Shown here: positions 1 to 10,100 of the stretch, piece after piece | Numbering within the stretch: the first letter of the stretch is position 1 | Layout of the letters: each line of letters opens with the position of its first letter | Assembly (NCBI GenBank): GCA_963675665.1 | Contig: OY776510.1 | Location: forward strand, 3,008,001 to 3,072,000 | Reading direction: 5' to 3' | Source of the DNA: Spirochaetia bacterium | GTDB lineage: Bacteria > Spirochaetota > Spirochaetia > UBA9216 | Length of the DNA stretch: 64,000 nt | Notes under the pieces: generated by a model | The model's database searches: none | What the model saw: the letters and a program-made list of their open reading frames with translations, nothing else | What the model was told of the DNA's origin: nothing | Translations under genes and position numbers: made by a program

Positions 1-65
1 GCCAAATATTACAGAAAGATGGAAAGAATAGATAAATCGAGAAAAAAAGGTTCAATATCCAATTT

Positions 66-821
66 TTAATTCGAAATCTTGAGTTTTAATATATCCGGAA
101 AAAAACAGCTGCCTCCACATGAAATACTGTCGCCGAGAAGAGATCTTCGTATTGTTACGATCTGCTGAAAACTCCCGGTTTTCGCCAGAATGAAAGTTAT
201 GCTGCCTTTAATGGAAAGACGTTCCGTTACACGCTCTGAAATTTCAGATACGGCTCCGTGAATAAATATCCGGTCAAAGCCGAAAATTTCTTCGAAAGAA
301 TTGATATCCCGGGTATCGGATATCGTAATATTATTAAAACCGTATTCAGCGAAAATACCCCTGTATTTATCCGCTGCAGCAGTTTCTTCTATCAGGTAAA
401 CTTTGGCTGTCAGTCTTGAAAGAACTGCGGCCGCATAGCCGGCATTATTACCGGCTACAAGAACGGTATCTGTAGATGTCGGTGAAATGTATTCAACAGA
501 CGTAAGGATGTCAGACGGCGAGGGGATACTTCCGCCGTCAAATCCGGGAAGAGAAATGTTTTCATAGGCTATTCCGCCATATGATGAGTCCAGAAAAACA
601 TGGCGGGGAACCTTTTTCAGTGAATCTATTATCGAAGAACTTATTCCCCTGTGTGAATCGGAAAGTTCGGCCGCAAGTATAGAGTTTTTCTCTTTCCAGT
701 CCGGTACTGTATTGGCGGCGTTCTGGGCTGAAAGATAATTACAAATCAAAGAGAAGAAAAATAAAGAAAAAATGAAAAAGCGCGAAATTCCGGATCTGAA
801 AATCATAAAAAATTTTATCAT
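66..821 (-). CDS. Protein-L-isoaspartate O-methyltransferase-like protein with N-terminal signal peptide and degenerate SAM-binding motif
   Basis: PCMT-like segments VPRHVFL, AYENISLP, GYAAAVLSRL, FDRIFI; motif I reads VLVAGNNAGY instead of VLEIGTGSGY; hydrophobic N-terminus ending LSA-Q. Confidence 0.7.
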   Translation of the reverse strand: MIKFFMIFRSGISRFFIFSLFFFSLICNYLSAQNAANTVPDWKEKNSILAAELSDSHRGISSSIIDSLKKVPRHVFLDSSYGGIAYENISLPGFDGGSIPSPSDILTSVEYISPTSTDTVLVAGNNAGYAAAVLSRLTAKVYLIEETAAADKYRGIFAEYGFNNITISDTRDINSFEEIFGFDRIFIHGAVSEISERVTERLSIKGSITFILAKTGSFQQIVTIRRSLLGDSISCGGSCFFPDILKLKISN

Positions 822-882
822 ATAAAAACGATATTGGCTACATCATTGATGCAATGAATCTAATCTGTTAATATCCAGAGGT

Positions 883-911
883 AATTTCAAAAGTCAGTGA
901 CTTTTGAAATT
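883..911. repeat. Perfect palindrome, 14-bp arms with 1-nt centre
   Basis: AATTTCAAAAGTCA-G-TGACTTTTGAAATT in the divergent pcm/valS intergenic region. Confidence 0.85.
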
Positions 912-992
912 CCGACTTTGGATGTAAATGGAGTATTTTTACAATTTGTTATATTGTATATATTTAGAGAATTAATAATAAAAATACTCCAA

Positions 993-1029
993 AGCCTCTT
1001 TCGAAACTAACCGAGTTTTGAAAGAGGCT
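993..1029. repeat. REP-like stem-loop upstream of valS
   Basis: AGCCTCTTTCGAAACT-AACCG-AGTTTTGAAAGAGGCT, 16-bp stem with one G-T pair. Confidence 0.7.
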
Positions 1030-1062
1030 CTCCAAGTCTGAAATAATTTGCGGAGAGAATAG

Positions 1063-3705
1063 ATGAGTTCCAGCGACATGCCCAAGGCGTACAACCCGAA
1101 AGATTTTGAAGACAGAATATACAAGTACTGGATGGATAACGGATGTTTTAAACCGAAAGAAGAAGGTAAGGATCCGTTTGTTATAGTCATACCTCCGCCG
1201 AATGTTACCGGAGTTCTGCATATGGGTCACGGTTTGAATAATATCCTTCAGGATGTTCTTATCCGTTACCATAGAATGAACGGTCGGCCTGCTTTATGGG
1301 TTCCGGGTACCGATCACGCAGGAATAGCAACCCAGAACATCGTTGAAAAGAAACTGCGTGCAAAGGGTATTGAACGTCATGAGCTGGGCCGTGAGAAATT
1401 TGTTGAAGAAACATGGAAGGTAAAAGAAGAACATCATGCAATTATAAAGAAACAGCTTCAGAAAATAGGATCTTCATGCGACTGGAGCAGGGAACGTTTT
1501 ACCCTTGATGAAGGCTGTTCAAAGGCTGTACGTGAGGTTTTTGTAGGTTTGTATGAGAGAGGACTCGTTTATAAGGGTAATTACCTCGTTAACTGGTGTC
1601 CGTCCTGCGGAACAGCGCTGGCAGACGACGAAGTTGAACACCAGGAAATAGATGGTAAAATGTATCATTACTATTATCCTTTTGAAGACGGCAGCGGTAA
1701 AATCGAAATTGCTACAACCAGGCCCGAAACAATGCTGGGCGATACGGCCGTTGCCGTTAACCCGGAAGACGAACGCTACAGCGGGTTAATAGGAAGAAAG
1801 GTCAGGCTGCCTCTGACCGACAGAATAATTCCAATAATCGGCGATTCATATGTCTCGATGGAATTCGGTACCGGGGCTGTAAAAATTACTCCGGCACACG
1901 ATCCCAATGACTGGGACATCGGAAACAGGCATAACCTGGAGAAAATAAACATTCTGAATGATAATGCTACACTTAACGATAATGTTCCGGAAAAATACCG
2001 AGGGCTCAGGGTTAAGGACGCACGGAAAGCGGTAATAGAGGACCTCAAGGCTGAAGGTTTATATATAAAGGATGTTGAGCATTCTCACCAGGTTGGACAT
2101 TGCTACAGGTGTAATACTGTTGTTGAACCTTACCTTTCAAAACAGTGGTTTGTATCCATGAAGGGAATGGCTGAAAAAGCCTTAAATGCATGGGAAAAGG
2201 AAGAACTGATTTTCTATCCGCGAAAATGGGAAAATACTTATAAACACTGGATGAATACAATACGGGACTGGTGTATATCGCGTCAGCTGTGGTGGGGGCA
2301 TCGAATTCCTGTATGGTACTGCGACGACTGCGGCGAGATGATTGTTGCAAGAGAAGCGCCGGAAGTATGCACCAAATGCGGAAGCAGTTCGTTAACACAG
2401 GACAACGATGTTCTGGATACCTGGTTTTCATCCTGGCTGTGGCCGTTCTCGACGCTTGGCTGGCCCGGAAAAACAGATGATCTGAAGCGGTTTTTCCCGA
2501 CATCTACCCTCGTTACAGGTTATGATATTATTTTCTTCTGGGTATCAAGAATGATTATGGCTTCGCTTGAGTTTATGGAAGAGGTACCGTTCAAGGATAT
2601 TTATATCACAGGTCTTGTCCGCGACAAGCAGGGCAGAAAGATGTCAAAGTCTTTGGGGAACGGTCTTGACCCTCTTGAAATAGTTGATGAATACGGCGCC
2701 GACGCATTAAAGTTTACAATGACCTTTTTGTCTGCCCAGGGTCAGGATATTTTGATAGATACCGAATCTTTCAAGCTGGGTTCGAAATTCGCCAACAAGG
2801 TCTGGAATGCTTCACGCTATATAATGATGAATGTTGAAGGCCGCAACATAATTCCTTTCGAAAAAATTGAACTTAAGGAAATTGATAAGTGGATTCTGCA
2901 CAGGCTTAATGAAAGTATAAAATCTGCGGAGAGTGCAATTGAGGTTTACAGGTTCAACGACTTTGCACAGGCCGGGTATGAGTTTTTCTGGAATGATTTC
3001 TGCGACTGGTATATAGAAGCGTCGAAGATTTCACTCTACAGCAGCGATGAAAAGGAAAAGGATCGTGCCATATCGATGCTTGTATATGTGCTTGAACAGG
3101 CTTTGAAGTTTCTTCATCCGTATCTTTCATTTATTACCGAAGAAATATACCAGAAACTGCCGCAAACCGAAGGCTCGCTTATTACGGCGGAATATCCGAA
3201 AAGTTGCGGGCAGAATAATTACCCGGAAACTGACGAGAGTTTCACTTTACTGCAGGATTTAATCAGGGGAATACGAACGCTCAGATCGGAGTTTACAATA
3301 CCCCCCGAGAAAAAAATACCTGTAACCGTATTTATGGAAAGTAGTTTCAAGGCTGAAAAATTCTTCATTTCTCATAAATCCCTGATAGCTCAGCTTGTAA
3401 ATACTGATAACCTGGTCCTGACGACCGAAAAACCGTCTATTGACGGAAGCGTTGCATCGGCAGGCACCGGTTTTGAGGCTTACGTCTTTATCCGTGATGT
3501 AATTGATATTGAAAAAGAGGTTGCAAAACTGAGGAAAGAGCAGCAGAAGATGGCTCAAATGATAAAGCAAACCGAAGGGAAACTTAAAAACGGGAAATTT
3601 CTCTCAAATGCTCCTGATGACGTGATAGAAAAGGAAAAGAGCAAGCTTGCTGAATTTACGGAAAGGGCGGAGAAGGTCAGTTTCTATATAAACGAACTAG
3701 GTTAA
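1063..3705 (+). CDS. valS: Valine--tRNA ligase
   Basis: PPPNVTGVLHMGH (HIGH), DWCISRQLWWGHRIP, KMSKS, C-terminal coiled-coil arm; 880 aa. Confidence 0.98.
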   Translation: MSSSDMPKAYNPKDFEDRIYKYWMDNGCFKPKEEGKDPFVIVIPPPNVTGVLHMGHGLNNILQDVLIRYHRMNGRPALWVPGTDHAGIATQNIVEKKLRAKGIERHELGREKFVEETWKVKEEHHAIIKKQLQKIGSSCDWSRERFTLDEGCSKAVREVFVGLYERGLVYKGNYLVNWCPSCGTALADDEVEHQEIDGKMYHYYYPFEDGSGKIEIATTRPETMLGDTAVAVNPEDERYSGLIGRKVRLPLTDRIIPIIGDSYVSMEFGTGAVKITPAHDPNDWDIGNRHNLEKINILNDNATLNDNVPEKYRGLRVKDARKAVIEDLKAEGLYIKDVEHSHQVGHCYRCNTVVEPYLSKQWFVSMKGMAEKALNAWEKEELIFYPRKWENTYKHWMNTIRDWCISRQLWWGHRIPVWYCDDCGEMIVAREAPEVCTKCGSSSLTQDNDVLDTWFSSWLWPFSTLGWPGKTDDLKRFFPTSTLVTGYDIIFFWVSRMIMASLEFMEEVPFKDIYITGLVRDKQGRKMSKSLGNGLDPLEIVDEYGADALKFTMTFLSAQGQDILIDTESFKLGSKFANKVWNASRYIMMNVEGRNIIPFEKIELKEIDKWILHRLNESIKSAESAIEVYRFNDFAQAGYEFFWNDFCDWYIEASKISLYSSDEKEKDRAISMLVYVLEQALKFLHPYLSFITEEIYQKLPQTEGSLITAEYPKSCGQNNYPETDESFTLLQDLIRGIRTLRSEFTIPPEKKIPVTVFMESSFKAEKFFISHKSLIAQLVNTDNLVLTTEKPSIDGSVASAGTGFEAYVFIRDVIDIEKEVAKLRKEQQKMAQMIKQTEGKLKNGKFLSNAPDDVIEKEKSKLAEFTERAEKVSFYINELG

Positions 3706-4211
3706 TCCTGAACCTCGGTAACAAGCGCATCGAAGAGGGTCATCATATCTGCATTGGTTTTACGCAGGCGGCCGGCAATAATCTTGGCAATTGCCCTTGT
3801 AACAGGCAACCCTATATGCGGATCTGAATCTCCAAGATTTAAAAAGTCCGCTTTGCCTATAACAAGCGCTATTGAATCTTCTGTAGCCATGACGGTAGCG
3901 GAACGTTTGTCGTTATCTATCAGAGCCATTTCACCTATGAAGATATTGTATTCGGCCTTGAGGCTTGTCACAACGTAGTCGTCCCCGGCCATTGTTTTTT
4001 TCAGAATATCTACAGCGCCCTCCATAAGAATGAAAAGCTCGTCGCCCATTTCCCCTTCGGTGATAATGTTCTCTCCCTGGTGAAATTTACGTAAGGAACA
4101 AATATCGAGAACTCTTCTCATGGCGTCTTCATTGTCCTTGATAGTTTCAAAAAGAGCTATTTGTTTCAGTTTTTCAGCATGTTCGGCAATGACTTTGTTA
4201 AAGAGTCCCAT
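3702..4211 (-). CDS. Stand-alone cyclic nucleotide-binding domain protein
   Basis: IITEGEMGDELFIL, FIGEMALIDNDKRSATV (phosphate-binding cassette); no HTH. Confidence 0.9.
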   Translation of the reverse strand: MGLFNKVIAEHAEKLKQIALFETIKDNEDAMRRVLDICSLRKFHQGENIITEGEMGDELFILMEGAVDILKKTMAGDDYVVTSLKAEYNIFIGEMALIDNDKRSATVMATEDSIALVIGKADFLNLGDSDPHIGLPVTRAIAKIIAGRLRKTNADMMTLFDALVTEVQD

Positions 4212-4220
4212 TTCTTCCTC

Positions 4221-5450
4221 CTACACCGCTTCTTCTTCAGTTTCTTTTTGTAAGCTGATAAAGCGTTCAATTACAATAGCTCTGGAGTGTTTCTGAATTA
4301 TATAATCGTCCGAAGGGATGAAAACAGGTTTATTTATCGAAAGCTCCTTAACAAGCTGCAGATTTGTAACAAGTTTTGAGATGTCCGGTGTTTTTTGGGC
4401 TTCGCGGACGGCTTCCATTTTTACCTTGTTCGGAGAACCCGTATTCTCCAGTATCCCGATAAGGATTCTTGAATTATCAGCCGTCATGCTTATTTTCAGG
4501 CTTCCGAAATCGGTTCCGATATATTGGTCCGGTATTGCGATTGTATTAATATGGGTATCCGACTCAAGATTGGAAACAAGGTCGTTAAGAATATTCGCCA
4601 GACCGTTGGTTATAGTGGTTCCGGCCAGCATCTGACGGTTAAGATCACGAGGGAAAAGGATTTCATCGCACATCGCGTTTCTGAGATATGATTCATATTT
4701 CTTGTCTATCAGTTCGGCACAAACATAAAGATCTCTTGCCATTGCTTTTATTGTAATGACTGTCATAACAGTTTTGGAGTCGGCTTCAGATGAGCCTGAG
4801 CTTTCAAAAGTGTCGGCAAGAACAATGGCCTTGACTGCATCACGGATATTCGCCCTGTTCAGGGTATCTTCGGAAAAATAATCACCCCTTATATACTTGA
4901 CCTTTTTCAGTTCCGGCAGCTCTTTTAATGCTTCAATTTTTTCAGAGTCAATATTGGAAACTATTACAATTTTGTCGGCAGTTATTTTTTCGGACAGCTG
5001 GAGAATATCTCTGACGATATCGCTCATATTGTTTTTCCAGCCGCATATTACAATATGTTCACTTAATTTTGGAAAATCCATTAAACCTCTCCTTGCACGG
5101 GTATTGCTCTCTACAAAGACGGATGCAAAAGTACCTGACAGTAAACTGACAAGCGCCATACTGCCGAAAATGGCGACTATCGTGATAGTCTGACCCGGCA
5201 CTGTGACGGGCGATTTGTCGCCGTACCCTACGGTGCTGAAAGTAATAACCGCCCACCATATTCCGTCAAAATATGACTGGAACTGATCGTTCTTTCCCAA
5301 TTCAAGCAGAGTAATGACACCGCCGGTACCTCCGAACAGAAGAACGCCGAAAATGGCAAGCCGGTAAAACGGCGATTCTGTAAAGATGTCTATAACCTGT
5401 TTTATCTTCTTTTTGAAGTTTTTATGTCTTTTCATCCCTATATATAACAT
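4221..5450 (-). CDS. Two-TM potassium channel with RCK/TrkA-N gating domain (start may be the Met at 5435)
   Basis: Filter WWAVITFSTVGYGD; Rossmann start HIVICGW; A-x-I-x-x-A RCK pattern. Confidence 0.92.
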   Translation of the reverse strand: MLYIGMKRHKNFKKKIKQVIDIFTESPFYRLAIFGVLLFGGTGGVITLLELGKNDQFQSYFDGIWWAVITFSTVGYGDKSPVTVPGQTITIVAIFGSMALVSLLSGTFASVFVESNTRARRGLMDFPKLSEHIVICGWKNNMSDIVRDILQLSEKITADKIVIVSNIDSEKIEALKELPELKKVKYIRGDYFSEDTLNRANIRDAVKAIVLADTFESSGSSEADSKTVMTVITIKAMARDLYVCAELIDKKYESYLRNAMCDEILFPRDLNRQMLAGTTITNGLANILNDLVSNLESDTHINTIAIPDQYIGTDFGSLKISMTADNSRILIGILENTGSPNKVKMEAVREAQKTPDISKLVTNLQLVKELSINKPVFIPSDDYIIQKHSRAIVIERFISLQKETEEEAV

Positions 5451-5523
5451 CGATCTTTATGGTCATATTCTTGACAGAAGAGTATTTATAAACAAAACAA
5501 TTAATAAAAATTTAAAATATGGA

Positions 5524-5552
5524 TTGGCTAAAATAATGAGTATGGTTATAAT
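5524..5552 (+). promoter_or_regulatory. Putative sigma70 promoter giving a leaderless transcript
   Basis: TTGGCT-N17-TATAAT, then 7 nt to ATG 5560; no Shine-Dalgarno. Confidence 0.5.
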
Positions 5553-5559
5553 CCTTTCC

Positions 5560-6834
5560 ATGACAAAAGCGAATATAAAATCTTTTTTAATAATAATTTT
5601 GATAAATATTCTTATCATGGTATCGTGTGTTCTCCCGAAAGATGGCGATGATGATGGTAAAGAAAATCCTTCCGGAAATACACACAGTTTAACTGTTACG
5701 CTGAACCAGGCTGACCAGATTATAGATGTGGGAGAAAGCTGTATGATTACAGCTGCGGCTGAAGATTCTGAAAATCATGATGTTACGTTTACATGGTCGG
5801 TAAACGGAGAAGTAACAGGCGCGAAAACCTCATCTGTTGAATTCTCTTCGGAAGAAGAAGGATCCTACAATATAAGTGTTACGGTAGAATGTGAAAAAGC
5901 CTCTGCTTCTGCCGATGTAACTATTACAGTAGAGCAGATTCTTGAATTCAGCAAAACCGCCGCCTGGATAGCCGGCACGGATATTGAAAACGCGACATAT
6001 GAGGCTGTATCAGTCAGCGGGTCAACCATTCTGCTGGGAACACAGTTTAAAGGGGTTGTTTACAGTACCGACGGCGGCAGCAGCTGGAACGTGTTAAACA
6101 ATGCAACCGACGGTCTGAGCAATGATCAGGTTAACTGTACAGCTGTTAATCCTGCTGCAACAGATACATGGTATTTCGGTACTTTTAACGGACTTTCAAT
6201 TTATGATAGTACAACGCCTGTTATGAGCTTATATGAAGCAGGCGTAAAAATATACGATATAAGGATTAGCGGCGGGAAAATATACCTGGCAACCGACAGC
6301 GGTATTGCCGTATCGGATACAGCTTCTATAAGCTTCACATACTATAACAGCTCAAACGGCCTGCCTGCAGACAGCATCAATAAAATACATCTCGACGGTT
6401 CAGCGATATACGCCGCGACCGACTCGGGTTTCGCGTATGCGGATGTCGGCAATTTAACAAACTGGACAACAAAGAATGATACAGATTATTCAGGGAATGT
6501 TGCAGTTCAGGCGGTTTATGCCGACGGCTCAAATATTACGGCGTGGCATGACCCTGATATATCCGTGAGCAGCGATTCGGGCGCGAACTGGAGTACTTTT
6601 CTTTCCGGCGTCGGAGGAGCGCTGACCGGGTATGTGATCCATGACGGAAGACTTTATTCGGTAAGGTACGGGGCGCATCTGTTTGTATCGGACGACAACG
6701 GGTTAAATTGGAATGAACTAACGCTCCCGGACGCTCCGTACTGGTTCGGCTACAACAGTAACGGAGTTTTTTCCGACGGGAGTGAGCTTTATATTGTTCA
6801 TAACGGCGGTCTGTTGACAGGCACTGTAGACTGA
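5560..6834 (+). CDS. Lipoprotein with Ig/PKD-like domain and Asp-box (BNR) beta-propeller
   Basis: Signal MTKANIKSFLIIILINILIMVS-C; Asp-boxes STDGGSSW, SSDSGANW, SDDNGLNW; start moved from 5386, which would overlap the opposite-strand channel gene. Confidence 0.8.
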   Translation: MTKANIKSFLIIILINILIMVSCVLPKDGDDDGKENPSGNTHSLTVTLNQADQIIDVGESCMITAAAEDSENHDVTFTWSVNGEVTGAKTSSVEFSSEEEGSYNISVTVECEKASASADVTITVEQILEFSKTAAWIAGTDIENATYEAVSVSGSTILLGTQFKGVVYSTDGGSSWNVLNNATDGLSNDQVNCTAVNPAATDTWYFGTFNGLSIYDSTTPVMSLYEAGVKIYDIRISGGKIYLATDSGIAVSDTASISFTYYNSSNGLPADSINKIHLDGSAIYAATDSGFAYADVGNLTNWTTKNDTDYSGNVAVQAVYADGSNITAWHDPDISVSSDSGANWSTFLSGVGGALTGYVIHDGRLYSVRYGAHLFVSDDNGLNWNELTLPDAPYWFGYNSNGVFSDGSELYIVHNGGLLTGTVD

Positions 6835-6853
6835 AACCGGTAAAACGCCATAC

Positions 6854-6882
6854 TTGACCACAGGTTTAAATTTCCCTAGAAT
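6854..6882 (+). promoter_or_regulatory. Putative sigma70 promoter of ileS
   Basis: TTGACC-N17-TAGAAT. Confidence 0.65.
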
Positions 6883-6967
6883 ATCAGGTCTGAAATCCTT
6901 TATTATAAAGATAAATTCAGGAAAAAGATAAAATATTTCACCCGGAAAAATGGCGGGATTATGAATA

Positions 6968-9900
6968 GTGGAGGAAATTTTGTATAAGTCTGTTGACCCG
7001 AAAGTCAGCTTCCCGAAGATGGAGGAGCGTATACTTGAATACTGGAAGAAAAACAGGATCTTCGAGCGATCAATAGAGCAGAGAGAAGGAAGCAGGGAAT
7101 TTATTTTCTATGACGGACCTCCGTTTGCTACCGGTCTGCCTCATTTCGGTCATTTTGTTCCGGGTACAATCAAGGATATTATTCCCAGGTATCAGACCAT
7201 GAAAGGGCATAAAGTCAGCAGGCGTTTCGGTTGGGACTGTCACGGTCTTCCCGTTGAATACGAAATGGAAAAGGAACTCGGCATTTCAGGAAAGAAAGAA
7301 ATCGAAGATTTCGGTATAGCTGAATTCAATGAGTCATGTCGTTCAATAGTTCTGCGCTATACAAAGGAATGGGAATCGATTATCACAAGGCTCGGCCGCT
7401 GGGTTGATTTTGAAAACGATTATAAAACCATGGAACCGGATTACATGGAATCAATCTGGTGGGTTGTAAAATCGCTCTGGGAAAAAGGGCTGATGTATGA
7501 AGGACACTATATTCTTCCGTACTGTCCAAGGTGTTCGACTGTTCTTTCAAATCATGAGCTGAATCTTGGAGGTTATCAGGATGTTCATGACCCTGCAATT
7601 ACCGTCAAGTTTAAACAGAAAGATACAGAGAATACTTATTTTCTGGCCTGGACGACAACTCCGTGGACGCTGCCTTCAAACCTTGCTCTTGCGGTAGGCG
7701 CAGATGTGGATTATGTGAAAGTCAGGGATGGAGAGGAAAATTATATACTTGCCGAGGCCCGGCTGGAATCATATTACCGGAATGAGGATGAATACGAAAT
7801 TACAGACAGAATGAAAGGCAGCGAGCTTGTCGGTCAGCAGTATGAACCTCTTTTTAACTATTTTGCCGATGCGGTAGAGAGTAATGCGTTTCAGGTACTT
7901 GCTGCTGATTATGTAACAACAGAAGACGGTACAGGTATTGTTCATACCGCACCGGGTTTCGGTGAAGACGACTATAACACCTGCAAAGGCACCGGTATTC
8001 CTACAGTCTGTCCTATTGATGATGAATGTAAATTCACGTCGGAGGTAGCAGACTACCAGAACCGCTTTGTCAAGGATTGCGACAAGGATATAATCAAGAG
8101 GCTGAAAGAAGAAGGAAAGCTGATTAAACGCGACAATTATCTTCACGCCTATCCGCACTGCTGGAGATGCGACAGCCCGCTTATCTACAGGGCCGTTTCC
8201 TCCTGGTTTGTTGATATCGGCAAAATCAAGGACAAAATGCTTGCAGCCAATGATCAGATACTCTGGGTGCCTTCGCATCTGCAGAAGGGCCGTTTCGGGA
8301 AATGGCTTGAAGGCGCGCGTGACTGGGCAATTTCGCGTAACCGGTTCTGGGGAAATCCTATACCGGTATGGAAATGTCCGGACTGTAACGAAATGATCTG
8401 TATCGGTTCGCGCGCTGAACTTGAAGAAAAGTCCGGTCACAAGGTTACCGATCTGCACAAACACTTTGTCGATCATATAGAGATTGACTGTAAATGCGGT
8501 GGTAAGATGAAACGGATACCCGAGGTCCTGGACTGCTGGTTTGAATCGGGCTCAATGCCGTATGCCCAGAATCATTACCCGTTTGAAAACAAGGAACATT
8601 TTGAGCAGAACTTCCCTGCGAACTTCATCTCCGAAGGTCTTGATCAGACACGCGGATGGTTTTATACGCTTACGATTCTTGCAGCGGCCCTGTTCGACAA
8701 ACCGGCCTTTGAAAAGGTTATTGTAAACGGCCTTGTGCTTGCCGAAGACGGCAAGAAGATGTCAAAGTCTGCACGGAACTACTCTGATCCTGTTGATGTA
8801 ATTAATCAGTTCGGAGCCGATGCTCTTCGCCTGTTTCTGATGAACTCTTCAGTTGTAAGGGCTGAAGACCTGAAGTACAGCGACGACGGTGTTCTTGAAA
8901 TCCTTAAAAGCATTATTATTCCGTTGTGGAACGCTTACAGCTTTTATGTGACATATGCCAATCTTGATAAAGCTTCGCCGACCGGGGCTCCCGACGAGCC
9001 GGACAACCCTCTGGACAAGTGGATTCTGTCCGAGTCCGAGAAGCTTGTTTTTGAAGTAACGGAACAGCTTGAATTATACGAACTGCACAGGGCTATTGCC
9101 CCTATATTGAATTTTATTGATCTGCTGAACAACTGGTATATCAGGCGTTCAAGAAGACGCTTCTGGCGTTCGGAAAACGATTCCGACAAAGAGCAGGCAT
9201 ACCAGACGCTGTACACGGTTCTGATGAAGCTTGTGACGGTTGCTTCGCCTTTTATTCCTTTTGTTACTGATGAAATATACATGAACCTCAAACCTGAGGC
9301 TTCCTGTGATTCTGTTCATCTGTGCAACTGGCCGGAATACGATGAAAGCAAGCGCGACCCCGAACTTGAGCACAAGATGGCGGTTACTCGCCAGGCTGTT
9401 TCGATGGGAAGGGCACTGCGATCAATGCATTCGCTGAAAACAAGACAGCCGCTGAAGGCTCTTAACCTGGTAACCCGTGATGAGAGTGAAAAGACAGTGC
9501 TTCGTGAAATGGTTGATATTATTTCTGAAGAACTCAATGTCAAGGAAGTGATCTTCAGGGATAACGAAGAAGAGCTGGTCGAATACAGCGCCAAGGCCAA
9601 TTTCAAGGTCCTCGGGAAAAAACTTGGACCTGACATGAAAACGGCGGCGGCGGCTATTGCGGCTTTAAAACCGGTTGAAATACAGTCTCTGCTTGAAGGC
9701 GCAACCCTGTCGCTGGATCTGAGCTTCGGTACGCTGGAACTCACAGAAGAGTCGGTTGTTATTCAGCGAAGTGAAAAGGACAACATGAAGGTGTTGAATG
9801 ACGGTTCGCTTACAATTGCTCTTGATTCAGAAATGACTGAAGAGCTGCTGTATGAAGGAATGGTACGTGATATAGTCCGATCTGTACAGAATCTGCGAAA

Positions 9901-10099
9901 AGACAGGGACCTTGATGTAACCGACCGTATTATACTTTCAATAAGCGGAAGCGACAGGGTAAAGATCGCTGTCGAAGCTTTTCAGGATTATCTCTCAGCA
10001 GAAACCCTGACTGAAAAATGGAAATGGGAAGAAAAAGCGGACGCTCTGAAGGTGGAGTGCGGAGATGAGGAATGTATTATTGCGCTTAAAAAAGCATAA
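6968..10099 (+). CDS. ileS: Isoleucine--tRNA ligase, type 2 (eukaryote/archaea-like)
   Basis: FYDGPPFATGLPHFGH, FGWDCHGLPVE, WTTTPWTLPSN, EGLDQTRGWFY, KMSKS; long IleRS2 C-terminus; GTG start. Confidence 0.97.
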   Translation: MEEILYKSVDPKVSFPKMEERILEYWKKNRIFERSIEQREGSREFIFYDGPPFATGLPHFGHFVPGTIKDIIPRYQTMKGHKVSRRFGWDCHGLPVEYEMEKELGISGKKEIEDFGIAEFNESCRSIVLRYTKEWESIITRLGRWVDFENDYKTMEPDYMESIWWVVKSLWEKGLMYEGHYILPYCPRCSTVLSNHELNLGGYQDVHDPAITVKFKQKDTENTYFLAWTTTPWTLPSNLALAVGADVDYVKVRDGEENYILAEARLESYYRNEDEYEITDRMKGSELVGQQYEPLFNYFADAVESNAFQVLAADYVTTEDGTGIVHTAPGFGEDDYNTCKGTGIPTVCPIDDECKFTSEVADYQNRFVKDCDKDIIKRLKEEGKLIKRDNYLHAYPHCWRCDSPLIYRAVSSWFVDIGKIKDKMLAANDQILWVPSHLQKGRFGKWLEGARDWAISRNRFWGNPIPVWKCPDCNEMICIGSRAELEEKSGHKVTDLHKHFVDHIEIDCKCGGKMKRIPEVLDCWFESGSMPYAQNHYPFENKEHFEQNFPANFISEGLDQTRGWFYTLTILAAALFDKPAFEKVIVNGLVLAEDGKKMSKSARNYSDPVDVINQFGADALRLFLMNSSVVRAEDLKYSDDGVLEILKSIIIPLWNAYSFYVTYANLDKASPTGAPDEPDNPLDKWILSESEKLVFEVTEQLELYELHRAIAPILNFIDLLNNWYIRRSRRRFWRSENDSDKEQAYQTLYTVLMKLVTVASPFIPFVTDEIYMNLKPEASCDSVHLCNWPEYDESKRDPELEHKMAVTRQAVSMGRALRSMHSLKTRQPLKALNLVTRDESEKTVLREMVDIISEELNVKEVIFRDNEEELVEYSAKANFKVLGKKLGPDMKTAAAAIAALKPVEIQSLLEGATLSLDLSFGTLELTEESVVIQRSEKDNMKVLNDGSLTIALDSEMTEELLYEGMVRDIVRSVQNLRKDRDLDVTDRIILSISGSDRVKIAVEAFQDYLSAETLTEKWKWEEKADALKVECGDEECIIALKKA

Positions 10100-10100
10100 A

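Noticed and set aside
1-69. Possible 3' end of a plus-strand gene (AKYYRKMERIDKSRKKGSISNF-stop)
   Set aside because: Too short to support a call from this window
822-1062. T-box riboswitch upstream of valS (also considered for ileS)
   Set aside because: No T-box consensus (GGTGGNACCGCG) or terminator/antiterminator pair seen
6968-10099. IleRS2 as an acquired mupirocin-resistance gene
   Set aside because: Type 2 IleRS is the normal form in many spirochaetes and it sits in a housekeeping context
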